NCBI GenBank assembly: GCA_041669715.1
Contig: JBAYAP010000001.1
Location: forward strand, 1-35,558
Source of the DNA: Acholeplasmataceae bacterium
GTDB lineage: Bacteria > Bacillota_I > Bacilli_A > Acholeplasmatales > Acholeplasmataceae
Direction of reading: 5' to 3'
Length of the DNA: 35,558 nt
The position numbers and the translations under genes are program-made. Below are positions 26,617 to 35,558 of this stretch, piece by piece; position 1 is the first letter of the stretch, and each line of letters starts with the position of its first letter. The notes below the pieces were generated by a model, which saw nothing but the letters and a program-made list of their open reading frames with translations, did not search any database and had not been told where the DNA came from.

Positions 26617-29136
26617 CTATTTCTTTTTTAATTGATTTTGTAAATTTTTAAGTGTAAGTAAAGCATCAAATGGTGTAATTTGATCAGTATCTAAATTTGA
26701 CACCTCTTTAATTACATCTAATTCTTCTTGACTTATAGTTTGTTCTAATGATTGTTCATATATATCATAATTAAAAATATCTAAAACAACTTTTTTTTCT
26801 TTTTGTTCAAGTTGTCTTAATATGTCTTGGCTGCGTTTAATTAACACTTGTGGCAAATGAGCTAAACTTGCAACTTGAATACCATAAGATTTATCAGTTG
26901 TTCCTTTTTCAACATGATGTAAAAAAACCATAGTGTTTTTTTCTTCTTTTGCTTTAACACATAAATTTGTAAGTCTAGGCAATGTTTCTTCTAAATATGT
27001 TAATTCGTGATAATGTGTTGAAAATAAAGTTTGTGCACCTATTTTTTCATGAATATATTCAATCATACCTTGCGCTAACGCCATACCATCATAGGTTGCA
27101 GTACCTCGACCTATTTCATCAAATAAAATTAACGATTGATTTGTTGCACGTGTTAATGCTTCATTGGATTCAACCATTTCTACCATAAATGTTGATTTAC
27201 CGCCACTTAGATCATCACTTGAGCCAATTCTTGTAAATAATGCATCATATAATGGCATCTTTGCACTTTCAGCTGGAACAAATGAACCACATTGTGCCAT
27301 ATATACCATTAAAGCTAACATGCGCATATATGTTGACTTACCACTCATATTAGGTCCAGTAATTAAAAAGATTTCTCCTGGTTCCATAATAATGTCATTT
27401 TCAATAAATTTCGTAAATTGTTCAACTACCAAATGTCTTCCTTTAATAATTTTAACATGTTGATCTTTTGTAATAAAAGGTCTAACTAATCGATATTTTT
27501 CTGATATTATTGCTAAATTTAAATAAACATCAACTTTAGCAACAGTTATTGATAATATTTGAAGCGTTTGTGCAAAACTTTCAACATAAGTTCTAATTTC
27601 TGTAAATAGTTCATATTCTAAAGATATCGCTTTATCTTTCGCATGTAAAATCAAATCTTCTTTTTCTTTTAAAACTGGTGAAATATATCTTTCACTATTT
27701 GTTAGTGTTTGTTTCCTTTCGTAGCCAAAAGACGGATCTACAAATTGTGTTTGTCCTTTTGATATTTCAATATAATAGCCAAATACGCGATTGTATCCAA
27801 CTCTTAATGTTTTAATTCCAGTACGTTCACGTTCATCAATTTCAAATTGATTTAACCATGATTGACCTGATGCATTAACATTTCTTAATTCATCTAAAGT
27901 ATCATTAAAACCTTGTTTAATAATACCACCATCCTTAACAGTAAGTGGTGGATCATCAATAATAGATTGATCTAAAAACTGAAATAACGCTTGATGATCA
28001 TCCATTTTTTCAACAAGTGCATCAATCGGCTTTTGTTTATACGCTAATAAATGTTCTTTAATTACTGGAATATATCTTAATGTTTCTTTTAATTGATAAA
28101 GATCTCTTGCATTTACTGTCTTAAATGAAACGCGACCAACAATACGATTAATATCATAAATATACTTTAAACTCTCTAATATGCCTTGTCGTGGTTGATA
28201 TGCATTAAATGCATCAATTAAATCGAAGCGAGCATTTAATTGTTGTTCATCAAATAACGGATGATTAAACATATTCTTTAAATATCTTGAACCCATGGCC
28301 GTTTGACAATGATTTATCCAATATAACAAAGTTGTTTGTTCTTGATTAACAAGAGACTCTTGAATTTCAAGATGTTTTTTAACTCTATAATCAACATGCA
28401 TATGTCCAACTTTTTTTACAACTTCAAAAGCCATAAAATGTTGAATACTTTGTTTTTGTGTATCCATTAAATAATTTAATAAATGTGATGCTGCACGTTT
28501 TTGTTCTTTATCTAAATTTTGCAAGTATTTTTGTTCATGCAATTCGAAATGATTAAAAACTGAAATTAATATTTGATTTTTACTTAATTGATCAACAAAG
28601 CCTTGATCAAAATGTGGTGGTAAAACAATTTCTTTAATCTTTAAACTTAAAATAAGATCAATAACTTCATATTTTTCTAGGCTATCGGTTAAAAAAGCTT
28701 CACCTGTTGATATATCAATATATGTTAATGCATATCCTTTTTCGGTAAGTATAACATTACCGATAAAATTATGACTATTAGCATCTAATATTCCATCTTC
28801 AAACACAGTACCTGGTGTAATCAAACGCACAACTTTTCTTTCGACCAATCCATTACCCGGTTCACTAATTTGCTCAACGATTGCAATTTTAAAACCTTTT
28901 TCGATAAGTTTTTGAATATAGGGTTTAACTGCATGATAAGGCACACCACACATCGGCACTTTTTCCCCTGCATCCTTTGATGTCAAAGCAATTTCAAGTA
29001 CTTTTGATGCTAAAATCGCATCATCAAAAAACATTTCATAAAAATCACCTAATCTAAAAAAGACTAGCGCATCAGCGTAGTCTTCTTTAATTGTTAAGTA
29101 TTGTTGCATCATTGGGGTGTATGTTTGTTTATTCAT
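26617..29136 (-). CDS. mutS: DNA mismatch repair protein MutS
   Basis: TPMMQQY, GDFYEMF, TGPNMSGKST, STFMVEM, DEIGRGT, SYGIQVA. Confidence 0.97.
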   Translation of the reverse strand: MNKQTYTPMMQQYLTIKEDYADALVFFRLGDFYEMFFDDAILASKVLEIALTSKDAGEKVPMCGVPYHAVKPYIQKLIEKGFKIAIVEQISEPGNGLVERKVVRLITPGTVFEDGILDANSHNFIGNVILTEKGYALTYIDISTGEAFLTDSLEKYEVIDLILSLKIKEIVLPPHFDQGFVDQLSKNQILISVFNHFELHEQKYLQNLDKEQKRAASHLLNYLMDTQKQSIQHFMAFEVVKKVGHMHVDYRVKKHLEIQESLVNQEQTTLLYWINHCQTAMGSRYLKNMFNHPLFDEQQLNARFDLIDAFNAYQPRQGILESLKYIYDINRIVGRVSFKTVNARDLYQLKETLRYIPVIKEHLLAYKQKPIDALVEKMDDHQALFQFLDQSIIDDPPLTVKDGGIIKQGFNDTLDELRNVNASGQSWLNQFEIDERERTGIKTLRVGYNRVFGYYIEISKGQTQFVDPSFGYERKQTLTNSERYISPVLKEKEDLILHAKDKAISLEYELFTEIRTYVESFAQTLQILSITVAKVDVYLNLAIISEKYRLVRPFITKDQHVKIIKGRHLVVEQFTKFIENDIIMEPGEIFLITGPNMSGKSTYMRMLALMVYMAQCGSFVPAESAKMPLYDALFTRIGSSDDLSGGKSTFMVEMVESNEALTRATNQSLILFDEIGRGTATYDGMALAQGMIEYIHEKIGAQTLFSTHYHELTYLEETLPRLTNLCVKAKEEKNTMVFLHHVEKGTTDKSYGIQVASLAHLPQVLIKRSQDILRQLEQKEKKVVLDIFNYDIYEQSLEQTISQEELDVIKEVSNLDTDQITPFDALLTLKNLQNQLKKK

Positions 29137-29160
29137 GGTTGCCCCCTTCTTCTTTATAAA

Positions 29161-30852
29161 TTATTGGGTATTTTGGGTCATGCCTAAATAATCAAAGAAT
29201 AGGAATAACCTTTCAATAATACCTTTGCCACCAATTTTAATATTATTTAAAGTTGCTGTAAAACTATCTAAGAATGAAAATTGCACAAAATAATCAAGCA
29301 ATGCATATAATAAAATTAATACAATAGCAATAATAGCCAATATAAATGCAAATTTTAGGAAAAATCTCAATATTTTCCATAGAACTAAGCCAATAAATTT
29401 AAAGAATTTAGCAATTGCTCTCACTTCAATAGGAACATCACTATCTTCATTATTTTCTTTTGCAGTTCCTAATTCAGTTTGTTTTTGTTGTTCAACAAAA
29501 ACTTCTCGTTCTTTTGCTTCATCATTTTTAACAAGTTTACTATAAGATTTTCTGTCCCCATAATATTCTGCTGAATTAATAAATTCTATTTTGTCATCTT
29601 TTACGGCAATTTTTTCTTCAGGAACATTTTCAAATACAGATAGTTCTTTTTTAGGCTCATCTGTCTTTAACTCGAAGTTTTCAACAGCTTCTCTTAATTT
29701 TTTAACTTCCGTAACCAAAGGTTCTATATCCATGTAATGTTGAACATATTGAACTTTAAGATTTTCATCTTCTGTTTTAACAACTGCTTGAACTGACGGT
29801 TCACTTGATTCTTCTTCAACCACAGTATTAACTTCATCAACATCTTCTTCAAGCGCTGGTTGTTCTTCAATGATTTCTTCGGCTGCATCTGCTTCTTCAA
29901 CAATTTCTTCAGGTTGTACTTTTTCAACAACTTCTTCTTTTTCTTCAATAATAGGTGTTTCAACAACATCATTATCTTCTAATTCGTCAGTAAGTTCTTT
30001 TTCGTAAACTTCACGAGAATTTGGAATAAAATATGTTTCTTTAGTTTCTTTTGCGTTTTTTAATATATATTCAATAACTTCTTCTTTTTTAAGTTCTGTA
30101 GAAGCTTTGATATCACGATCTATAGCAAATCTTTGCATAACAATAACTGACATTGATCTTACTTGTTTTTCTAAGTCTTCAGTATACGAACCATTATCTC
30201 TAAGTTCTTCTATAATAATATCAGCTAATTGTGTTTTCTTTAAACGTCTAGGAATATCAACTTCATATTTCTTACCTAAATCACGAATTTCTGTTAATGT
30301 AGAACTCTTATATAAGACATTACGTATTTTATTAGGAGAAACACCATCGATTCTTCCAAAACTATCAAAAAATATTCCTTTGATAATATTATTATAATTG
30401 TTGATTTGTGGTAGCACCAAATCATTTGATTTTACATATGCTAAACTTTTTTGATATAAGTCATCTAAATCAAAATTAGGTACCTTTTTTTCAACCATAT
30501 AGCCAAATAAGTCTGTCCATAAATCTTCTAAATATTTTTTGAAAATAACTTGATCATCAAAAAACACCAGTAAATTTTCTAATTGTGTTTCAGTAAACTC
30601 AGTAAACCATGATAAACGATAGTTCAATTCATCAGCAAGCGTTAATCTGGTTTTTTTAGTTTCAGCAACTTTTTCTCTTAAGTTTTCTCGTAAAACGAAA
30701 ATTCTTAACTCACGTGGAACAGTTAATCCTATGCCATTAAAAAATTCAAGAACTTTATCTGCAGGATAATAAATGATTGATTGTAAAATTTCTTCAATTT
30801 TTAAATTTCTTGATCCCACTAAAACTTCAGTATCTCTTGAAAACTTTGACAT
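29161..30852 (-). CDS. Unknown 563 aa protein: helical N-terminal domain with tandem HeH/Rho-N-like motifs, acidic linker, C-terminal membrane anchor
   Basis: RBS AGGAGG; E/D/V-rich region ~aa 285-365; hydrophobic helix FAFILAIIAIVLILLYALLDYFV. Confidence 0.8.
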   Translation of the reverse strand: MSKFSRDTEVLVGSRNLKIEEILQSIIYYPADKVLEFFNGIGLTVPRELRIFVLRENLREKVAETKKTRLTLADELNYRLSWFTEFTETQLENLLVFFDDQVIFKKYLEDLWTDLFGYMVEKKVPNFDLDDLYQKSLAYVKSNDLVLPQINNYNNIIKGIFFDSFGRIDGVSPNKIRNVLYKSSTLTEIRDLGKKYEVDIPRRLKKTQLADIIIEELRDNGSYTEDLEKQVRSMSVIVMQRFAIDRDIKASTELKKEEVIEYILKNAKETKETYFIPNSREVYEKELTDELEDNDVVETPIIEEKEEVVEKVQPEEIVEEADAAEEIIEEQPALEEDVDEVNTVVEEESSEPSVQAVVKTEDENLKVQYVQHYMDIEPLVTEVKKLREAVENFELKTDEPKKELSVFENVPEEKIAVKDDKIEFINSAEYYGDRKSYSKLVKNDEAKEREVFVEQQKQTELGTAKENNEDSDVPIEVRAIAKFFKFIGLVLWKILRFFLKFAFILAIIAIVLILLYALLDYFVQFSFLDSFTATLNNIKIGGKGIIERLFLFFDYLGMTQNTQ

Positions 30853-30946
30853 GTGATCCCTCCTAAATTATAACTACTTTCATTTTACTATGATTTTAAA
30901 AATTTTACAAATGATTTAACCATGGTTTGGCTTTAAAAGGCTTTTC

Positions 30947-31282
30947 TCATGTGTTTTCGACTTCTTTGTTAATTTTATCTTCAATGATTTGTACAACTTC
31001 TTTTAACATATGGTTAATCACATCTTGCAATTCTAAATATTCAGCCATTAATGGATATGATTCTATTTCTTGCAAAAGAATATCATATGCTAATTGAAAT
31101 TTTTTTATTGCTTGAGTTTTTTGAATTTCTTTTGCGTTAATCAATTGTTTTTGTATGGTTTTTAGTTGATTAATCTTTGTTTTTATTTTTATATCATTAT
31201 TCATGACTTTTTCAATTTGTTTATATCTTTTAATCTGCTCATCACTTTTTAATAGTTCTAACAGTTTTTCTTTTTCGGTCAT
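30947..31282 (-). CDS. YlbF/YmcA-family (RicA-like) regulator
   Basis: SDEQIKRYKQIEK..K..QKQ..N..P.MAEY...Q..IN.ML pattern; directly downstream of miaB as is Bacillus ricA (ymcA); ATGA overlap. Confidence 0.8.
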   Translation of the reverse strand: MTEKEKLLELLKSDEQIKRYKQIEKVMNNDIKIKTKINQLKTIQKQLINAKEIQKTQAIKKFQLAYDILLQEIESYPLMAEYLELQDVINHMLKEVVQIIEDKINKEVENT

Positions 31283-32718
31283 TGCAAATCACCTAATAAA
31301 AACCACGTTTTTGCTTTAGTGATTTTTACAGATACAATTTGACCAATTAAGGATTTATCACCTTTAAAATTAACAAGTTTATTATGTTCACTATATCCTG
31401 CTAAAACTTCTTCATTATGTTTAGATACACCATCAACTAACACTTTAACTGTACGACCCTCAAATTGCTTATTTCCTCTTAAATATCCATCATTGACTTT
31501 TTCATTTAAACGATATAATCGTGCTTTTTTAAGTTCATCAGGTGTTGTCTCTTCATACGTTGCTGCTGGCGTTCCCGCACGCTTAGAATATACAAAAGTA
31601 TAAGCACCTTCAAAATTTGCTTGTTCAACTAAATCAAGTGTTTGTTCAAAATCTTCTTCTGTTTCACCAGGAAACCCAACAATAATATCTGTTGTTACAC
31701 TAATGCCAGGTACTGTTTCTTTTAATTGATTTAATACGTTTAAATAAGATTCTTTTGTATAATGACGATTCATGCGTTTTAAAACAGCATTGCTGCCTGA
31801 TTGAACTGGCAAATGAAAGAATGGCATTACATGCTTAGAATCTCTAATTGCTTCCATAGTCTTTAAATCTAAATCGTGAGGATGTGAAGTTGTAAATCTA
31901 ATACGTTTCATACCCAAATCATCTAAATCTCTTAAAAGATCACCAAATGTGTAATCAATATCTTTAAAATCCTTTCCATATGCATTGACATTTTGTCCAA
32001 GCAAAGTCATTTCAACATATCCTTCTAAAACTAAAGACTTTACTTCTTCAATAATATCTTCTTTAGAACGTGAACGTTCTTTACCTCTAGTATATGGAAC
32101 AATGCAATATGTACAAAACTCATCACAACCAAACATAATGTTAACCCATGCTTTAAATTGATGATTTCTTGTCTTAGGAAGATTTTCTACAATTTCACCT
32201 TCATTTGAAAACACTTCAACTACTTTTTCTTTTGAAAACATCGCCGTTTCAATATAATCAGGTAATAAATGAATATTATGTGTACCAAAAATGATATCAA
32301 CATGGTGATATTTTTTTAAAACTCGTTCAACAACATTTTCTTCTTGAGCCATACAACCAGCAAGTGCTAATATAAGATCTGGATTTTCTCTTTTAAAAGC
32401 TTTTAATCTTCCAAGTTCTCCCCAAATACGATTTTCAGCATTTTCTCTAATTGCACATGTATTTAAGATAATGACATCACTTTCTGATTCAATATCTGTT
32501 TTTGTAAATCCCATAAGTTCTAAAATACCAGCCATGGTTTCACTATCTGCTTCATTGCTTTGACATCCATATGTGTGTATTTGATATTTTTTATTAATAC
32601 CAATTTTTTTATGCATATCTTTTAATTGAAAATTAATTTCTTCAACAGATTCTTTTGTTCTTTTTCTAGCTTTCTTTAAATCGGGTTTAAAGTATTTGTT
32701 TATATCTACTTGCGCCAT
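31279..32718 (-). CDS. miaB: tRNA-2-methylthio-N6-dimethylallyladenosine synthase
   Basis: TYGCQSNEADSE, NTCAIRENAE, radical SAM GCDEFCTYC, TRAM domain; likely ATG 32718 after AGGTGA. Confidence 0.96.
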   Translation of the reverse strand: MAQVDINKYFKPDLKKARKRTKESVEEINFQLKDMHKKIGINKKYQIHTYGCQSNEADSETMAGILELMGFTKTDIESESDVIILNTCAIRENAENRIWGELGRLKAFKRENPDLILALAGCMAQEENVVERVLKKYHHVDIIFGTHNIHLLPDYIETAMFSKEKVVEVFSNEGEIVENLPKTRNHQFKAWVNIMFGCDEFCTYCIVPYTRGKERSRSKEDIIEEVKSLVLEGYVEMTLLGQNVNAYGKDFKDIDYTFGDLLRDLDDLGMKRIRFTTSHPHDLDLKTMEAIRDSKHVMPFFHLPVQSGSNAVLKRMNRHYTKESYLNVLNQLKETVPGISVTTDIIVGFPGETEEDFEQTLDLVEQANFEGAYTFVYSKRAGTPAATYEETTPDELKKARLYRLNEKVNDGYLRGNKQFEGRTVKVLVDGVSKHNEEVLAGYSEHNKLVNFKGDKSLIGQIVSVKITKAKTWFLLGDLQ

Positions 32719-32759
32719 TTTCATCACCTAATTTTATTATACCGAATTATTTTTTGTGT

Positions 32760-33524
32760 TTATACTGTTTCGCTTTCAAGATGTATATGTTTGATCTTTT
32801 TTATATCGAAATCTAAAAGAACACCATTAAACTGTGCTGCGCCTTCAGCTACGACATTAGGCACTGAATGGCCATTTAAAAATCTATTGATAACAATTTC
32901 TCTATCAACACCAATAATCCCGTCAAGGGGTCCTGTAAGCCCTACATCTGTAATATATAAAGTACCTTTAGGCAATGTTCTGCTATCTGCTGTTGGTACA
33001 TGCGTATGTGTTCCAACAACTGCTGAAGCTAAACCATCTAAATAAAAACCTAAGGCAACTTTTTCAGAAGTAGCTTCCGCATGAAAATCAACAATAGAAT
33101 AATCACATTCAACTTCTTCTAATACTTTTTTTACTTCAATAAAAGGATTTTCAATATTACCATTCATAAACGTACGACCAAGCGCATTAATAACAAGAAT
33201 TTTTTCTTGATTGTAAGAAATGATTTTATATCCTTGTCCTGGTGCTTGATAAAAATTTAAAGGTCTGACAATATTAGCATCATCAATGAATTCATATAAT
33301 TCACGATTGCCCCAAACCCAATTACCCATCGTAACCATATGAATACCCATATTCATAAGTTGTTTATAATCTCTTTTATTAATCCCACGACCATGAGTTA
33401 CATTTTCACCATTAACTATAATAATATTTGGTTTATATTCTTCTTTAATTTGTGGTAAAAAATATTTTAAGGTATCTAATCCTTTTTGCCCATAAATATC
33501 ACCTACAAAAAGTACTTTCATCAT
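32760..33524 (-). CDS. ymdB: YmdB-family metallophosphoesterase (TIGR00282)
   Basis: GDIYG, NGEN, DFHAEATSEK, GTHTHVPTAD, TDVGLTGP; follows rny. Confidence 0.93.
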   Translation of the reverse strand: MMKVLFVGDIYGQKGLDTLKYFLPQIKEEYKPNIIIVNGENVTHGRGINKRDYKQLMNMGIHMVTMGNWVWGNRELYEFIDDANIVRPLNFYQAPGQGYKIISYNQEKILVINALGRTFMNGNIENPFIEVKKVLEEVECDYSIVDFHAEATSEKVALGFYLDGLASAVVGTHTHVPTADSRTLPKGTLYITDVGLTGPLDGIIGVDREIVINRFLNGHSVPNVVAEGAAQFNGVLLDFDIKKIKHIHLESETV

Positions 33525-33550
33525 TTAACCTTCTTCCTATGCTATAAAAT

Positions 33551-33576
33551 TTAAAAGGGACCAAAGGCCCCTTTAA
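33551..33576 (-). terminator. GC-rich hairpin after rny (probable terminator)
   Basis: On - strand TTAAAGGGGCC-TTT-GGTCCCTTTTAA directly after the rny stop. Confidence 0.7.
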
Positions 33577-35160
33577 TTATTTCGCAATATCTGTCGCTCT
33601 TGTTTCACGAATTACAGTGACTTTTATCGTACCTGGATATGACATCTTTTGTTCAATTTGCTCTTTAATTTCTCTAGCAACTTTAAATGCAGATAAATCA
33701 TCAATTTGATCAGGTTTAACAATAACTCTAATTTCACGCCCTGCTTGAATTGCAAATGATTTTTCAACTCCAGGGATTTCATTAGAAATAGTCTCTAGTT
33801 GTTCTAAGCGTTTAATATAGTTTTCCATTGATTCACTTCTAGCACCTGGTCTAGCAGCACTTAATGCATCTGCAGCAGCAACCAACACAGCAATAATAGA
33901 TTCTGGTTCTTTATCTCCATGATGTGATGCAATGGCATCAACGACTTCTTTTGGTTCACGATAGCGATTAACTAAGTTAACACCGATTTCAACATGTCCA
34001 CCTTCAACTTCATGGTCAACAGCTTTACCAATATCATGTAATAAACCGGCACGTCTTGCAAGAATTTCATCTTCTCCAATTTCTGCAGCTAATTTACCCG
34101 CTAAAAAAGCAGTTTCAATAGAATGTTTTAAAACATTTTGGCCATAACTTGTTCTAAAACTTAATCTTCCTAATAATTTTACAAGATCAGGATGGATTCT
34201 ACCGATGCCTACTTGGAATATTGCATCTTCTCCAGCTTCTCTTATAAACATATCAACTTCAACTCTTGCTTTTTCTACTACTTCTTCAATTCTACCTGGA
34301 TGAATACGTCCATCAGATACTAAAGTTGAAACAGCACGTCTAGCAATTTCTCTTCTTATAGGATCAAAACCACTTAACACAACAGCTTCTGGTGTATCGT
34401 CAATAATTAAATCGACACCTGTTAACGCTTCAATTGTGCGAATATTTCGCCCTTCTCTACCAATAATACGACCTTTCATTTCGTCGTTTGGAAGATCAAC
34501 AACGGATACTGTACGTTCGGTTGTTGTTTCACTTGCATATTTTTGAATTGCAAGTGCCAATAATTGTTTTGATTTAGATTGTACTTGGTTTTTTGCATTT
34601 TCTTCTTCATCGCGAATATAAATTGCGATTTCATCAGCCATTTGATTTTTAACTCTTGACATGATGATTTCTTGTGCTGCAAGTTTATCTAATCCTGAAA
34701 TTTCAAAAAGCTTTTGTTCTTGTTCTTTTAAAACTTCTTCCACTTTGCTATTTAATTGTTCAAGTTGTTCTTTACGTTCGTCAAGTTTTTCTTCACGAAC
34801 TAATAAGGATTGTTCACGGCGATCTAAATTTATTGCGCGATTATTTAAAATTTCTTCACGTTGAGTTACTTTATTTTCTAAAGTAATAACAACTTGACGT
34901 CGTTCACGCATATCATTTTCAAAATCTTTTTTAAGCGCAAAAATTTCTTGTTTAGCTTCTAATACATTTTCTCGCTTTAATTTTTCAGCTTCTTTTTTAC
35001 CGTCTTCAACAATTTTTTTGGCCAATGCTCTTGATTCTTTAAGGCTTTTTTCGTGATGAGTTACACGAATAATAAAACCTACAATTATACCAATCAAAAG
35101 GGCTAGCAAAATGGAGATGAGTGCTTCTACTGTGTTTAAGATGAATGCTATATTTGGCAT
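33577..35160 (-). CDS. rny: Ribonuclease Y
   Basis: N-terminal TM, coiled coil, KH motif [15 protein letters not shown] domain [18 protein letters not shown]; ATG 35160 after GGAGGTGG. Confidence 0.97.
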   Translation of the reverse strand: MPNIAFILNTVEALISILLALLIGIIVGFIIRVTHHEKSLKESRALAKKIVEDGKKEAEKLKRENVLEAKQEIFALKKDFENDMRERRQVVITLENKVTQREEILNNRAINLDRREQSLLVREEKLDERKEQLEQLNSKVEEVLKEQEQKLFEISGLDKLAAQEIIMSRVKNQMADEIAIYIRDEEENAKNQVQSKSKQLLALAIQKYASETTTERTVSVVDLPNDEMKGRIIGREGRNIRTIEALTGVDLIIDDTPEAVVLSGFDPIRREIARRAVSTLVSDGRIHPGRIEEVVEKARVEVDMFIREAGEDAIFQVGIGRIHPDLVKLLGRLSFRTSYGQNVLKHSIETAFLAGKLAAEIGEDEILARRAGLLHDIGKAVDHEVEGGHVEIGVNLVNRYREPKEVVDAIASHHGDKEPESIIAVLVAAADALSAARPGARSESMENYIKRLEQLETISNEIPGVEKSFAIQAGREIRVIVKPDQIDDLSAFKVAREIKEQIEQKMSYPGTIKVTVIRETRATDIAK

Positions 35161-35243
35161 TCTACCACCTCCATTTATTTTATTTATTTTAAAGTTTAAT
35201 TTCAAACTATCATAATATAACTTACATAATGACTTACACAAAC

Positions 35244-35273
35244 ATTATACATGATTTTTTACTTGTAAGTCAA
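35244..35273 (-). promoter_or_regulatory. Sigma-70/SigA promoter of rny
   Basis: TTGACT-18 nt-TATAAT on - strand. Confidence 0.65.
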
Positions 35274-35377
35274 TGTAAAAGAAAGTATAATTTATCTACA
35301 AAATAATACGTATGGTTTTAAATATTAAATTTTATTGTATAATAATAAATGACAATTAAAAAACGAGGAGAACAATT

Positions 35378-35558
35378 ATGCCTTCAACAAATGATAAAAG
35401 TGAAAAATTGAGATGGTTTCATACGCACCGCATAAGAATTATAATATGGACTGCAGCCATAGTTATTCCTTTAACACTTATCTTGTTAGCTTATGTAGGT
35501 TCATATAATACTTATAAAAAAGTATATTTTGATTCAGAAAGTACTGAATATATTAAAA
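35378..35558 (+). CDS. Partial hypothetical membrane-anchored protein (runs off window)
   Basis: RBS GAGGAG, ATG 35378: MPSTNDKSEKLRWFHTHRIRIIIWTAAIVIPLTLILLAYVGSY... Confidence 0.75.
   Translation, partial: MPSTNDKSEKLRWFHTHRIRIIIWTAAIVIPLTLILLAYVGSYNTYKKVYFDSESTEYIK

Noticed and set aside
29724-29972. K/L-rich 82 aa ORF resembling a cationic peptide
   Set aside because: Shifted-frame reading of GAA/GTT codons of the acidic linker in the 563 aa gene
26339-34886. ORFs at 26339, 26982, 27164, 30107, 32710, 34476, 34661 and 34674
   Set aside because: Antisense or off-frame shadows inside mutL, mutS, the 563 aa gene, ymdB and rny
35161-35241. N-terminal extension of RNase Y in the ORF track (similar extensions for gpsA, rpsA, ankyrin, rdgB)
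   Set aside because: Strong SD sequences or homology point to downstream ATGs; the extensions span RBS/UTR sequence
1-35558. CRISPR array, tRNA/rRNA, riboswitch, IS or prophage
   Set aside because: No regular direct repeats, no transposase or integrase ORF, and intergenic gaps are short and explained by promoters or terminators; a small ncRNA cannot be excluded without an Infernal/Rfam scan

Overview
AT-rich, gene-dense chromosomal segment with almost all genes on the - strand. It uses the standard code (TGA ends miaB, mutL and rluB), and gene content and order suggest an Acholeplasmatales-type Mollicute or close low-GC Bacillota relative (inference). The right ~60% is housekeeping: rny-ymdB-miaB-ricA-[563 aa unknown]-mutS-mutL-miaA-aroK-aroQ-efp, a convergent GntR pair, then rluB-cmk-rpsA-der-gpsA-hup-ankyrin. 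The left part holds a CPBP protease, rdgB-ysnB-choline kinase, and a more accessory stretch (lipoprotein, DUF1801, OYE, queH, dNK). No tRNA, rRNA, CRISPR array or IS element was found. Most notable: (1) a 1000 aa TPR/sensor protein with catalytically degenerate GGDEF and EAL domains, translationally coupled to a protein with a HEPN-like RNDIVGH motif; (2) a membrane-anchored protein with tandem Rho-N/HeH-like motifs in the RNase Y/RicA region; (3) a deletion scar joining the start of a PLD-helicase gene to the tail of a MutT gene; (4) a multi-TM domain fused to a GrpB domain, missed by the ORF track; (5) a tandem GntR pair whose second member has a degenerate DNA-binding domain. All family calls come from motif recognition by eye, not database searches.
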